In this document: positions 10,145 to 21,500 of the stretch, one piece after another | How positions within the stretch are numbered: the stretch's first letter is position 1 | Layout: each line of letters starts with the position of its first letter | NCBI RefSeq assembly: GCF_049665975.1 | Contig: NZ_JBATGR010000207.1 | Span: 1-54,907 of the forward strand | Direction: 5' to 3' | DNA from: Eudoraea sp. | Lineage (GTDB): Bacteria > Bacteroidota > Bacteroidia > Flavobacteriales > Flavobacteriaceae | Length of the DNA: 54,907 bases | The notes under the pieces: generated by a model | The model's input: only the letters and a program-made list of their open reading frames with translations | Told to the model about the DNA's origin: nothing | Database searches by the model: none | Made by a program: the position numbers and the translations under genes

Positions 10145-11956
10145 TTAATCAAAAGTATACGCATTATCTGAAGCCACCTTTTCCGCTATTTGCATTCTGA
10201 GTTCAGCAACATTAGGCTGATTGGTGTACTTTGTAAAACGTTTTAATCCCATAAGCATCATGCGTTGTTCATCACCCTCTGTAAAAGAAACTATTGCTTC
10301 TTTGCCTTTTTGAATCACTATATCCACAGCATTGTATAAATACAGTCTGGACATTGCAATTTGTGTAGTTAGGTTCTCTTCCCCAAATCTTAGGGCGTTT
10401 TTCTCTGTTCTAAGGATAGTAGATTCGGCCATATATATTTCTATCAATATGTCTGACGCAGCCAATAACACCTGCTGATGTTCTTCCAGATCAGCACCAA
10501 ACTTTTGTACTGCACTACCGGCAACCATCAGAAATACCTTCTTCAGACGCGCTATCATATCGTTTTCTTCTGAAAAGAGTTTAGAATAATCAGGAGTATC
10601 AAAAGATGGTATTCCCATTAGTTCATCGGCCACCTTAGTTGCCGGGCCCAATAAATCTACATGACCTTTCATTGCTTTTTTTACCAGCATACCAACCGCT
10701 AACATCCTGTTTATTTCATTGGTTCCTTCATATATGCGTGCAATTCGGGCATCTCTCCATGCTGATTCCATTGGTGTATCTGCGCTAAAACCCATTCCGC
10801 CAAAGATCTGGATACCTTCATCTGTGGTTTGTTGAACATCTTCAGATACAGACACCTTAAGTATAGAACATTCTATGGCATACTCCTCAACGCCTTTTAG
10901 TTCGGCTTCCTGGTGTGAATTGCCTTCAGCAACACGAATCGCTATCCTGTCCTCAATATTCTTAGCAGCCCTGTAACAGGCAGATTCTCCAGCATAGGCA
11001 TTCGTTGCCATTTGTGCAATCTTTGCTTTAATAGCACCAAAATTTATAATTGGAGTTTTAAATTGAATCCTTTCGTTGGCGTAATTAACTGCCTCACCAA
11101 GCACTCTCCTTTGGGCTTCCAGACAAGCTGCAGCCAACTTAATTCTTCCAATATTCAAAGCGTTCATTGCAATCTTAAATCCATTTCCCCGCTCGGATAA
11201 CATATTTTCAACAGGAACCTTGGTATCGCTAAAAAATACCTGGCGTGTGGAGGAGGAGTGAATCCCTAATTTTTTTTCTTCATCTCCCATAGTGATACCA
11301 TTTGAGGGATCATTTTCAACGATGAAACCTGTAATATTTTTATCGTCTTCTATTCTGGCAAAAACAATAAATAATTTACAGAAGCCAGCATTAGAAATCC
11401 ACATTTTTTGGCCACTAATTTGATAATGCTTTCCGTCTTTGGATAATACAGCCTTGGTTTTTCCGGAATTTGCATCTGATCCTGCACCTGGTTCAGTTAA
11501 ACAGTAAGCTCCGAACCATTCACCTGATGCCAGTTTGGGCACATATTTCTTTTTTTGCTGTTCCGTACCGTAAAGGGTTATTGGCATTGTACCTATGCCC
11601 GTGTGGGCTCCAAAGGCTGTACTAAATGAGCCTGTGGCACCGGAAATATAATCACACACCAACATTGTGGAAACGAATCCCATGCCGAGACCCCCATATG
11701 CCTCCGGAACAGCAACACTTAAAAGACCTAATTCACCGGCCTTACGCATGCACTCTTCGGTAAAGGCATAATCCTTTTTTTCAAATCTTTCCCAATGCGC
11801 CCACAGTTCACGATCTACAAAATCCTTGGTGCTTTCACGCATCATTTTCTGCTCTTCGGTCAGATCTTCAAGCGTAAAAATATCTTCGCAATTTGTTTCT
11901 TTAACCAGGAACTGACCACCTCGTAAGATATCTTTGTTAATTGTATCCGTACTCAT
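10145..11956 (-). CDS. Acyl-CoA dehydrogenase (FadE-like)
   Basis: YCLTEPGAGSDA, GQKMWISN, QIFGGMGF and RIYEGTNEI. Confidence 0.95.
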   Translation of the reverse strand: MSTDTINKDILRGGQFLVKETNCEDIFTLEDLTEEQKMMRESTKDFVDRELWAHWERFEKKDYAFTEECMRKAGELGLLSVAVPEAYGGLGMGFVSTMLVCDYISGATGSFSTAFGAHTGIGTMPITLYGTEQQKKKYVPKLASGEWFGAYCLTEPGAGSDANSGKTKAVLSKDGKHYQISGQKMWISNAGFCKLFIVFARIEDDKNITGFIVENDPSNGITMGDEEKKLGIHSSSTRQVFFSDTKVPVENMLSERGNGFKIAMNALNIGRIKLAAACLEAQRRVLGEAVNYANERIQFKTPIINFGAIKAKIAQMATNAYAGESACYRAAKNIEDRIAIRVAEGNSHQEAELKGVEEYAIECSILKVSVSEDVQQTTDEGIQIFGGMGFSADTPMESAWRDARIARIYEGTNEINRMLAVGMLVKKAMKGHVDLLGPATKVADELMGIPSFDTPDYSKLFSEENDMIARLKKVFLMVAGSAVQKFGADLEEHQQVLLAASDILIEIYMAESTILRTEKNALRFGEENLTTQIAMSRLYLYNAVDIVIQKGKEAIVSFTEGDEQRMMLMGLKRFTKYTNQPNVAELRMQIAEKVASDNAYTFD

Positions 11957-11977
11957 TTTATATTTCTTTAATTGATA

Positions 11978-13168
11978 TTAATTTAAAAACTCGTAGATGC
12001 CAGCTGCACCCTGGCCTGTTCCCACACACATGGTTACCATTCCATATTTTCCTTTCATGTTGCGTTTACGCATTTCATCAAATAATTGGACAGAAAGTTT
12101 GGCTCCGGTACAACCTAAAGGATGACCCAGCGCAATTGCTCCCCCATTTACATTAACCAGATCCTGATTAAGGTTTAGTTCCCTTATAACTGCGAGCGAT
12201 TGAGAGGCAAATGCCTCATTTAGCTCTATAAGGGAAATGGCATCCTGTTTTAAACCTGCTTGTTTTAATGCCTTAGGGATTGCCTTTACAGGACCAATGC
12301 CCATTATTCGGGGTTCTACACCGGCAGCTGCATAATTTACCAGACGGGCAATTGGTTCTAATTTTAACTCCTTGACCATTTCCTCACTCATTACCATTAC
12401 AAAAGCTGCACCATCACTCATTTGGGAAGAATTACCTGCTGTAACACTGCCATCTGCCGCAAAAACAGGTCTTAATTTAGCAAGAACTTCTTTGGAAGTA
12501 CCTGCTCTTGGACCTTCATCTTTATCCACTGTGTAGGTATTTGTTTCTTTCTTGCCTTCCGAATTAACATAGGTGTGTTCTACTTCAATTGGCACAATTT
12601 GTTCCTGAAACTTATTTTCCTTTTGTGCTTTTAACGCTTTCATGTGAGAGTTATATGAAAAATCATCCTGATCCTCTCTTGAAACCTTAAATTGTTTTGC
12701 AACAGCCTCTGCTGTTAATCCCATCCCCCAGTAATAATCTTCATGACCTTCTTTGGCAATTTCATAATCGGGGGTTGGCTTGTATCCTCCCATAGGGATA
12801 TAACTCATGCTTTCTGCTCCCCCGGCTATGATACAATCAGCCATGCCCGACTGTATTTTCGCTGTGGCGATACCTATGGTTTCCAGTCCAGAGGCACAAT
12901 ATCGGTTTACTGTAACACCGGGAACATCATCTATCTCTAATCCCATTAAGGATATAAGGCGGGCCATATTGAGTCCTTGCTCAGCCTCGGGCATTGCATT
13001 ACCTACAATTACGTCATCAATTCTTTTCTTATCTAATTGTGGCAACTCCTTCATCATATATGCTATGGTTTCTGCCGCCAATTCATCAGGTCTTTTAAAA
13101 CGGAATAATCCTCTTGGTGCTTTGCCAACTGCTGTTCTATAAGCCTTAACGATATATGCTGTTTTCAT
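11978..13168 (-). CDS. fadA: Acetyl-CoA C-acyltransferase (3-ketoacyl-CoA thiolase)
   Basis: NRYCASG active-site Cys, [16 protein letters not shown] and MCVGTGQG. Confidence 0.93.
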   Translation of the reverse strand: MKTAYIVKAYRTAVGKAPRGLFRFKRPDELAAETIAYMMKELPQLDKKRIDDVIVGNAMPEAEQGLNMARLISLMGLEIDDVPGVTVNRYCASGLETIGIATAKIQSGMADCIIAGGAESMSYIPMGGYKPTPDYEIAKEGHEDYYWGMGLTAEAVAKQFKVSREDQDDFSYNSHMKALKAQKENKFQEQIVPIEVEHTYVNSEGKKETNTYTVDKDEGPRAGTSKEVLAKLRPVFAADGSVTAGNSSQMSDGAAFVMVMSEEMVKELKLEPIARLVNYAAAGVEPRIMGIGPVKAIPKALKQAGLKQDAISLIELNEAFASQSLAVIRELNLNQDLVNVNGGAIALGHPLGCTGAKLSVQLFDEMRKRNMKGKYGMVTMCVGTGQGAAGIYEFLN

Positions 13169-13172
13169 TTTT

Positions 13173-15578
13173 TTAATTTCTAAGTGGTTTACCTGTTTTT
13201 AACATATGCTGAATTCGTTCCAATGTCTTTTTCTCTGTGCAGAGCGATAAAAAGGCCTCTCGTTCCAAATCCAATAAGTATTGCTCACTTACGAGACTTG
13301 CTTCAGACAAATCACCTCCTGCCATAACGTAAGCCAGCTTATCTGCAATTTTTTTATCGTGCTCACTGATGTAGTGTCCTGCTTCCATAGAATCTGTACC
13401 TACCAGGAACATGCCCAAAGCCTGTTTCCCCAAAACCTTGACATCTTTTCTTTTTATAGGTTGGGTATAACCTCCTTCAGCCAAAAGTTTCGCCTGTGCC
13501 TTTGCTGTTGCTATCTGTCTGTCTTTATTTACGACAACGATGTCCTTTCCTTTTTGCAGCACACCTAAGTCATATGCTTCATAAGCCGAAGTTGATACTT
13601 TGGCCATTCCAATGGTCAGAAAATATTCCTGCAGCACATTTAGTTCTACATCATTTTTTCTGAATATGTCTGAGGCTCGTAATGCCATTTCTTTAGAACC
13701 ACCACCTCCCGGGATGACTCCAACTCCAAATTCGACCAATCCCATGTAGGTTTCAGCTGCTGCCACAACTTTATCAGCATGCAGTGATAGCTCACATCCA
13801 CCGCCCAAACACATTCCATGAGGAGCTGAGACTGTTGGGATAGCAGAATAACGCATTCGCATCATTGTATCCTGAAAATATTTAATAGCCATATTCAATT
13901 CATCGTACTCCTGTTCTACAGCCATCATGAATATCATTCCTATATTGGCCCCTACGGAAAAGTTAGCCGCCTGGTTACCTATAACGAGCCCTTGAAAATC
14001 CTTCTCAGCAAGGTCTACTGCCTTATTTAAACCAGACAATACATCTCCGCCAATTGTATTCATTTTAGACTGGAATTCTACATTGAGTATTCCATCACCA
14101 AGGTCTTCTATAACAACGCCGCTATTTTTAAAAACTTCATTAGATTTTCTTATGTTATCTAAAATAATAAAGGCATCCTGGCCGGGTACCTTAGCCATGG
14201 TCTTCTGTGGAATATCATAAAAATAGGTGGCTCCGTCTTTAACATTGTAGAAGGAAGAGGTCCCTGAGTCCTTTAACTCCTTAATCCATTTAGCCGGGCT
14301 ATGTCCCTCTTCTGCAATCATTTTCAAGCCATTTTCCAAACCAATGGCATCCCATATCTGGAAAGGTCCGTGCTCCCAGCCAAAACCGGCTTTCATCGCA
14401 TCATCAATTTTATATAATTCATCTGTTATCTCAGGGATACGGTGAGAAACATAGGCAAAAAGTGCAGCAAAGCTTTTGCGGTAAAAGACGCCAGCTTTAT
14501 CCTTACCATTTACCAAAATTTTAAAACGATCAATAACTTTATCTACGGGTTTGGTAAGTTCCAGTGTAGTGAAATTCGCTCTCTTTTTTGGTCTGTAATC
14601 CATAGAATCCAGATCCAGACTAAGAATGTCACTTTTCCCGTCTTTATTCTTTACCTTTTTATAGAAGCCCTGACCCGTTTTACTTCCCAGCCATTTGTTA
14701 TCAGACATAGTCCGGATAAATTCGGGTAACTGAAACAATTCATGTCGTTCATCATCTCCGCAATTTTCATAGATACCATTGGCTACATGAACTAAAGTAT
14801 CCAAACCTACCACATCCACCGTTCTGAAAGTTGCAGATTTTGGTCTGCCAATTACCGGTCCGGTAAGTTTATCTACTTCTTCTACTGTGAGTCCTAATTC
14901 CTGGACCATGTGAAATAAGCTCTGAATGCTAAAAATCCCAATTCTATTACCTATGAACGCAGGGGTATCCTTGGCAATTACCGATGTTTTCCCAAGAAAT
15001 TTTTCACCATAACTATTTAAAAAATCCAGTACAGATTGTTTAGTTTTCGGCCCGGGAATGATTTCAAAAAGTTTAAGATAACGAGCGGGATTAAAGAAAT
15101 GAGTACCGCAAAAATGTTCCTGGAAATCATCGCTTCTTCCTTCACTCATAAACTTAATAGGAATACCTGAAGTATTGGAAGTTATCAACGTTCCGGGACT
15201 TCTATGCTTTTCAAGGTTCTCAAAAACCATTTTCTTTATGTCCAGGCGTTCCACTACCACTTCTATAATCCAATCTACCTGACCAACTTTCGCTATATCA
15301 TCTTCAAGATTTCCAGTGTTGATTCTACCAGCGAAATCTAAATGATAAATGGGAGATGGCTTTGACTTTAAAGCTGCTGCCAAGGAATCATTGACAATTC
15401 TATTTCTTACGGCTTTATCTTTAAGTGTAAGTCCTTTTGATTTTTCCTTTTCACTAAGTTCCCCGGGAACAATATCTAGTAATAGAACTTCAACTCCAAT
15501 ATTTGCAAAGTGACAGGCAATTCCGCTACCCATTATACCAGAACCTATAACAGCTACCTTTTTAATGTGCTTATTCAT
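13173..15578 (-). CDS. fadN: 3-hydroxyacyl-CoA dehydrogenase / enoyl-CoA hydratase (FadN-type domain order)
   Basis: N-terminal Rossmann GSGIMG, SNTSG and HFFNP; C-terminal crotonase motifs FSVGANI, LGGGCE and EFGVGVIPGGGG. Confidence 0.9.
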   Translation of the reverse strand: MNKHIKKVAVIGSGIMGSGIACHFANIGVEVLLLDIVPGELSEKEKSKGLTLKDKAVRNRIVNDSLAAALKSKPSPIYHLDFAGRINTGNLEDDIAKVGQVDWIIEVVVERLDIKKMVFENLEKHRSPGTLITSNTSGIPIKFMSEGRSDDFQEHFCGTHFFNPARYLKLFEIIPGPKTKQSVLDFLNSYGEKFLGKTSVIAKDTPAFIGNRIGIFSIQSLFHMVQELGLTVEEVDKLTGPVIGRPKSATFRTVDVVGLDTLVHVANGIYENCGDDERHELFQLPEFIRTMSDNKWLGSKTGQGFYKKVKNKDGKSDILSLDLDSMDYRPKKRANFTTLELTKPVDKVIDRFKILVNGKDKAGVFYRKSFAALFAYVSHRIPEITDELYKIDDAMKAGFGWEHGPFQIWDAIGLENGLKMIAEEGHSPAKWIKELKDSGTSSFYNVKDGATYFYDIPQKTMAKVPGQDAFIILDNIRKSNEVFKNSGVVIEDLGDGILNVEFQSKMNTIGGDVLSGLNKAVDLAEKDFQGLVIGNQAANFSVGANIGMIFMMAVEQEYDELNMAIKYFQDTMMRMRYSAIPTVSAPHGMCLGGGCELSLHADKVVAAAETYMGLVEFGVGVIPGGGGSKEMALRASDIFRKNDVELNVLQEYFLTIGMAKVSTSAYEAYDLGVLQKGKDIVVVNKDRQIATAKAQAKLLAEGGYTQPIKRKDVKVLGKQALGMFLVGTDSMEAGHYISEHDKKIADKLAYVMAGGDLSEASLVSEQYLLDLEREAFLSLCTEKKTLERIQHMLKTGKPLRN

Positions 15579-16039
15579 TGATGATGATTATTTAATTTTG
15601 TATTCCTACTATATATTTTTTTTTCAGTAATAAGGTGGTTTATAGTTTCCATAACCTCAAAAAAATTGTTCAACTGCCCCTCATTAAGATTTTGCTTAAC
15701 AACATCATTAAACCGTAAAACAACATCTTTGGAATCTACACGCTTTTCAAGACCAAACGGGGTAAGATGTATTAAAACGCCACGGCCATCATCCGGATTA
15801 GGCTTACGAATAATCAGACCTTTTTCCTCCATGCTTTTTAGTATTCTAGACAAGCTAGTGGCTTCCATTCCCATTTTAGGGCCCAGGGCCGTGGAAGGTG
15901 TTCCGGTTTTAGGATCTATGCTTAACAGAGTAAAACCAACGGCCATTGTAGTGCCAAAGTTTTTGGCTTCTTCATTATACATTTTGGCAACGGATTGCCA
16001 GGTAGCACGCAAGGCATAATCTATCGTTATATCCTTCAT
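15575..16039 (-). CDS. MarR-family transcriptional regulator heading the beta-oxidation operon
   Basis: Winged HTH with SLSRILKSMEEKGLI and the wing motif DDGRGVLIHLT; ATGA overlap with fadN. Confidence 0.9.
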   Translation of the reverse strand: MKDITIDYALRATWQSVAKMYNEEAKNFGTTMAVGFTLLSIDPKTGTPSTALGPKMGMEATSLSRILKSMEEKGLIIRKPNPDDGRGVLIHLTPFGLEKRVDSKDVVLRFNDVVKQNLNEGQLNNFFEVMETINHLITEKKIYSRNTKLNNHHQ

Positions 16040-16058
16040 AAAATCTTTAATTGTTCTT

Positions 16059-16066
16059 CAAAGATA
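16059..16066 (-). promoter_or_regulatory. -7 element (TATCTTTG) of the marR-fad operon
   Basis: TAnnTTTG 19 bp upstream of the marR ATG. Confidence 0.65.
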
Positions 16067-16100
16067 TAAAAATTTATTATGCATGCATAATAAATTTTTA
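16067..16100. promoter_or_regulatory. 34-bp perfect palindrome, candidate MarR operator
   Basis: TAAAAATTTATTATGCATGCATAATAAATTTTTA directly abuts the -7 element. Confidence 0.65.
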
Positions 16101-16178
16101 AGAATAGCCCGTTGATTTTAAAAAGGAATTTTAGTGAAATTAAGTAGTTCTGATTCCATTAATAGGAAGTATCTGTTA

Positions 16179-17951
16179 TTAATGTCCGTATATTTGGTTG
16201 TAGAGGTCCATATACTTTTCTTTAATAATCTTTCGGCGAAGTTTCATAGTAGGGGTGAGGTGGCCTCCGTCGACACTCCAGACATCCGGGGTAAGTTTAA
16301 ACTGTTTAACTTTTTCCCATTTAGCAAATTTTTCATTGGCATGATCAACTTCTTCCTGAAACCTGGCCAATACTTTCGGGTTTATAACACTTTCGGTATT
16401 GGTTCCCAGATTAACATTATGTCTCACGGCCCATTCCTTTAAGAACTCAAAATTAGGTTGGATAAGCGCAGAAGGCATTTTCTCGCCTTCTCCAACAACC
16501 ATAATTTGCTCAATAAATCTGGATTGTTTAAATCGGTTTTCCAATACCTGCGGCGCTACATATTTACCACCGGAAGTTTTGAACATTTCTTTTTTGCGGT
16601 CTGTAATTCTAAGAAAACCATCAGCATCAATTTCACCAATATCACCCGTGTGAAAAAAGCCGTTTTTTAATACTTCAGCACTTTTTTTGGCATCTCTGTA
16701 ATATCCCATCATTACCTGTGGGCCTTTAATGCAAATCTCACCGTCAGCTTCAATCTTTACTTCAGTGCGTCCTATAGGTTTACCCACAGTTCCTATTTTA
16801 AAGCCATTATTACGCATGTCATTTACCGAGACAACAGGAGAGGTTTCCGTAAGTCCATAACCTTCCATAAGACCCATTTCAGCAGCATTAAAAATTCTTG
16901 CCAATCTGGGTTGTAAGGCCGCGCTTCCCGAAGCAATAAGATCAAGATTTCCCCCAAGTCCGGCTTTCCATTTACTAAAAATTAACGAACGGGCCAGTTT
17001 GAGTTGTTGCTCATACCACCATCCGTTTTGGCCATAAGGTTCATATCTAAGCCCTACTTTTACCGCCCAGAAAAACAAGAATTTCTTAATACCTTTTAAA
17101 TCAGCACCCTTTGCAATTATCTTATCGTAGACCTTTTCTATAAGTCTGGGAACAGCAGTCATGACATGGGGTTCAACCTCTTTTAAATTTTCACTAATTG
17201 TTTCCAGTGATTCAGCGAAATAGATAGAAACACTTCTATACTGATACAAATACATTAGCATCCGTTCATAAATATGACAAACAGGTAAGAAACTAAGTGC
17301 TTTAACCGCACCATCTGCGATTGGTAATCTGAACGAACTTTCCAGGGTATTACTCACTATGTTATCATGGGAGAGCATAACACCTTTTGGCCTTCCCGTT
17401 GTGCCAGATGTATAAATTAAGGTGGCCAGGTCCTCGGGTTTTACTGAATCTTTAAGCTTTTCTACTTCAATCTGGTTTGACTCGTCTTTTCCTAGTTGTA
17501 ATATTTCTTTCCAATTCTTACAGTCCCCCAATTCATCAAAAGAGTATATTTCCTTCAAGGAAGGAACTTTATCTTTTACCGTCTTGACTTTCTCATAAAC
17601 CTCTCGGCAGGAGACAAAACAATAAACACATTCTGCATGGTTAAGTACATATGTATAGTCTTCTTTAGAAACAGTGGGGTAAATTGGTACATTTTGGGCT
17701 CCCAGTTGCAAAATACCGATATCCATAATATTCCATTCCGTTCGGTTGGTCATTGATATCAGTGCAATCTTGTCATTGGGTTTTACACCTAACTTTAGTA
17801 AAGCCCTACTTACCGTATTTGCCTTATCTATATACTCCCTGGTAGAAGTCGCGATCCATTCCCCATTATATTTTGTTACCAGGGAATTCTTAAGATCAAA
17901 TTTTTCTAATTGGTAATAAGGAAAATCAAAAAGACGGGTTATATCTTGCAT
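16179..17951 (-). CDS. fadD: Long-chain fatty acid--CoA ligase (AMP-dependent synthetase)
   Basis: YTSGTTGRPKG, EGYGLTETSP, FHTGDIG and DRKKEMFKTSGGKYVAP. Confidence 0.92.
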   Translation of the reverse strand: MQDITRLFDFPYYQLEKFDLKNSLVTKYNGEWIATSTREYIDKANTVSRALLKLGVKPNDKIALISMTNRTEWNIMDIGILQLGAQNVPIYPTVSKEDYTYVLNHAECVYCFVSCREVYEKVKTVKDKVPSLKEIYSFDELGDCKNWKEILQLGKDESNQIEVEKLKDSVKPEDLATLIYTSGTTGRPKGVMLSHDNIVSNTLESSFRLPIADGAVKALSFLPVCHIYERMLMYLYQYRSVSIYFAESLETISENLKEVEPHVMTAVPRLIEKVYDKIIAKGADLKGIKKFLFFWAVKVGLRYEPYGQNGWWYEQQLKLARSLIFSKWKAGLGGNLDLIASGSAALQPRLARIFNAAEMGLMEGYGLTETSPVVSVNDMRNNGFKIGTVGKPIGRTEVKIEADGEICIKGPQVMMGYYRDAKKSAEVLKNGFFHTGDIGEIDADGFLRITDRKKEMFKTSGGKYVAPQVLENRFKQSRFIEQIMVVGEGEKMPSALIQPNFEFLKEWAVRHNVNLGTNTESVINPKVLARFQEEVDHANEKFAKWEKVKQFKLTPDVWSVDGGHLTPTMKLRRKIIKEKYMDLYNQIYGH

Positions 17952-18097
17952 ATTCTATTTCTGAATGGTAATTGCAAAATAAGAAAAGGGAACGGTATTA
18001 TAAAGCAGGATTACTAAAAAATGACCTTAATTTTTTATAATTTGATAATAAAATACGATCCTCTAATAAATATGTACTTAAAAAGTCAATTAATTCT

Positions 18098-18580
18098 TTA
18101 GTGCAAATGAAGTTTCATTCCTTCATGGGATGAAATAAATCCTAGTTTTTCGTAAAATTTCAAAGCCGCATCTCTTTTTTTATCCGTGGTAAGCTGCACT
18201 ACATGGGCTCCTCTTTTTTTAGCACGATCTATGGCCCACTGTATAAGCTCCTGACCAATTCCTTTATTCCTGTAATCCTCATGTACCCTTACGGCCTCTA
18301 TTTGCGCCCTTATGCCTCCCTGATAGGTTAGATACTGAATAAAGCTTAGTTGTAAAGTACCAATTACCTCCCCGGAATCGTTTAACATTACCATTAATTC
18401 CTGATTTTGGTCAGAATTAATTTTGTCAAATGCTTTTATATACTCCTCAGGTAAGGGTGTTTTGAAGTTTTCTCTTAGCCTGCCTAATTTATCATTAGCT
18501 ATGAGTTCTACAATAGCTGGTACGTCCTTTTGTTTGGCCCTGCGAATAATCAAGATACTTGGTTTTGTTTTTCTATCCAT
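18098..18580 (-). CDS. GNAT-family N-acetyltransferase
   Basis: Motif A VRVHEDYRNKGIG and ALKFYEKLGF; overlaps the purL 3' end by 31 bp. Confidence 0.88.
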   Translation of the reverse strand: MDRKTKPSILIIRRAKQKDVPAIVELIANDKLGRLRENFKTPLPEEYIKAFDKINSDQNQELMVMLNDSGEVIGTLQLSFIQYLTYQGGIRAQIEAVRVHEDYRNKGIGQELIQWAIDRAKKRGAHVVQLTTDKKRDAALKFYEKLGFISSHEGMKLHLH

Positions 18581-21500
18581 TTTCTGGCGTTAGTAAACGC
18601 CTCTAGCCATGGAGATATTTGATCGTTTCTATCCTTAGGGTAATATGCCCAGTTCCATGGAAAAATAGAACGCTCAATATGTGGCATGGTCACCAAGTGC
18701 CTCCCTGTTTTATCACACATCATTGCCGTGTTAAAATCACTTCCATTGGGATTAGATGGATACTCACTATAACCATATTTAGCAACAATGTCGTAATTTG
18801 CTTCGGTCAAAGGAAGACTAAATTTCCCTTCACCATGTGATATCCACACCCCAAGAGTTGTTCCTGCAAGAGAAGATAGCATTACCGAATTATTGTCTTC
18901 AATCTTTACAGAGGTGAAACTGCTCTCATGTTTATGCGAATTGTTAAAAGTCATTTTGCCATGAACTTCATGTTCAGGATTCACTAATTCTAATTCCATA
19001 AAAAGCTGACATCCGTTACATATTCCAACTGATAAAGTATCCGTCCTGCCAAAAAAGTTTAGCAGTGATTGCCTTGCCTTTTCATTATATTTAAACGCGC
19101 CTGCCCATCCTTTTGCACTTCCCAAAACATCAGAATTTGAGAATCCACCTACTGCACCTATAAATTGAATATCTTCCAGGGTTTCTCTCCCCGTAATGAG
19201 GTCGGTCATATGAACGTCCTTGACATCAAATCCGGCAAGGTACATAGCATTGGCCATTTCACGTTCAGAATTACTGCCCTTTTCTCTTAAAATTGCTGCC
19301 TTCGGACGTTTTATATTTTCTGCACTTCTTTCGGGACGATGATTTTGAAAATATGCCGGGAAGTTAAAATTAAGGGGTTGTTTTTTGTAATTTTCATATC
19401 TCGATTTAGCAAGATTATTAGAGGTTTGTCTCTCGTCTAGGAGATAAGATGTTTTATACCAGGTATCCCGTAAACTATTAATATTCAAACATATTTCAAC
19501 TTCTTGATTTTTTAAGTTCAATTCCGGTTGTTGGATAACTTCCCCTATTTTATTAAAATTTATTCCAGCTTTCTGCATTTTTACTTCTACTGAATCATCT
19601 TTGGCTTGAAAAACCAATCCGGAATTTTCGGCGAAAAGTAATTTGATAGTATCTTTTTCTCCCAGACTTGAAAGATCCAAAGAAGCACCCATTTTAACAT
19701 CGGCAAAACACATTTCCAGAAGTGTGGTTATCAATCCGCCTGAAGAGACATCATGGCCAGCTACAATTTGTCCGTCTTTTATCAATTCCTGAAGTGTGTT
19801 AAATACATTTATGACATATACCGATTCTTTTATTGTAGGGGCTTTATCACCAATTCTATTAAGTATTTGTGCAAAAGAAGATCCACCCAACTCATATTCA
19901 TCCTGAGAGATGTTGACATAATAAATACTTCCAGCACTTCTTAGAAATACAGGCTCTACTACCTTGGTAATATCTGTACAATTTGCTGCCGCTGAAATTA
20001 TTACAGTGCCCGGAGCAATAACTTCTTCATCCTTGTATTTTTGTTTCATGGATAATGAATCCTTACCCGTGGGGACATTGATCCCAAGTTCAATGGCAAA
20101 GTCAGATATAGCTTTTACAGCGGTATACAATCTGGCATCTTCTCCTTCATTTCTGCATGGCCACATCCAATTAGCTGAGAGAGCAACCGATTTTAAACCG
20201 TCTTTTAGAGGTGCCCAGACAATATTTGAAAGGGCCTCGGCAATACTGTTCCTGCTACCTGCGACCGGATCAATTAATCCGCTTATTGGGGAATGACCAA
20301 TGGAAGTCGCAATACCTTCCTGGCCCTTAAAATCCAAGGCCATGACGCCACAATTATTCAGGGGCAATTGCAAAGGACCGGCACACTGCTGTTTAGCAAC
20401 TTTGCCACCAACACATCGGTCTACCTTATTTGTTAACCAATCCTTACAGGCGACAGCTTCGAGCTGAAGGACTTGATTAAGGTAGTCATGAAAAAATTCT
20501 ATTTTATAGGCTGTTTCCTGATATTTCCTGTCGACTGTAATATCATTCATAATCGTTTTCGGAGAGCTGCCAAACATGTCGGAAAGCTCAAGATCCATTG
20601 GCTTAATTCCTTTTGTTTCGGATTCAAAAGTGAATCTATTGTCTCCGGTAACATCCCCTACATCATAAATAGGAGAACGCTCCCTATCGGCGATTCGATG
20701 TAATAATCCCATATTTTCGGTTCCCATTACCAGCCCCATGCGCTCCTGAGATTCATTTCCTATAATTTCCTTGGCTGAGAGTGTAGGGTCCCCAATAGGG
20801 AGTTTATCCAGATCAATTTTGCCTCCTGTCTCTTCCACTAATTCTGATAAACAATTTAAATGACCGCCGGCACCGTGATCATGAATAGAAACTATGGGAT
20901 TCTCCTTGCTTTCCACAAGGCCCCGTATTGCATTAGCAGCGCGTTTTTGCATTTCCGGGTTCGAACGTTGTACAGCATTTAACTCAATAGACGAACTAAA
21001 TTCGCCAGTATCAGCGCTTGAAACGGCAGCACCACCCATTCCTATACGGTAGTTATCACCGCCAAGAATAACTATTTTATCTCCTTTTTTTGGAGTTCCT
21101 TTAAGAGCCTGGTCTGCTTTGCCATAACCAATACCTCCGGCGAGCATAATAACCTTATCATATCCTAATTTTCTGGAATGTTCTTCGTGCTCAAAAGTCA
21201 ATAAAGATCCGGATATTAAAGGTTGACCAAATTTGTTGCCAAAATCAGAAGCACCATTGGAAGCTTTTATAAGAATATCCATTGGGGTTTGGTATAACCA
21301 TGGTCTTTCCTCCATTCCTTTCTCCCATGACCTGTTTTTTTCCAGCCGAGAATATGAGGTCATGTATACGGCGGTTCCTGCGATGGGTAATGAGCCTTTA
21401 CCTCCTGCCAAACGATCCCTTATCTCACCTCCGGAACCAGTAGCTGCGCCATTAAAAGGTTCTACGGTAGTTGGAAAGTTGTGGGTCTCGGCTTTAAGTG

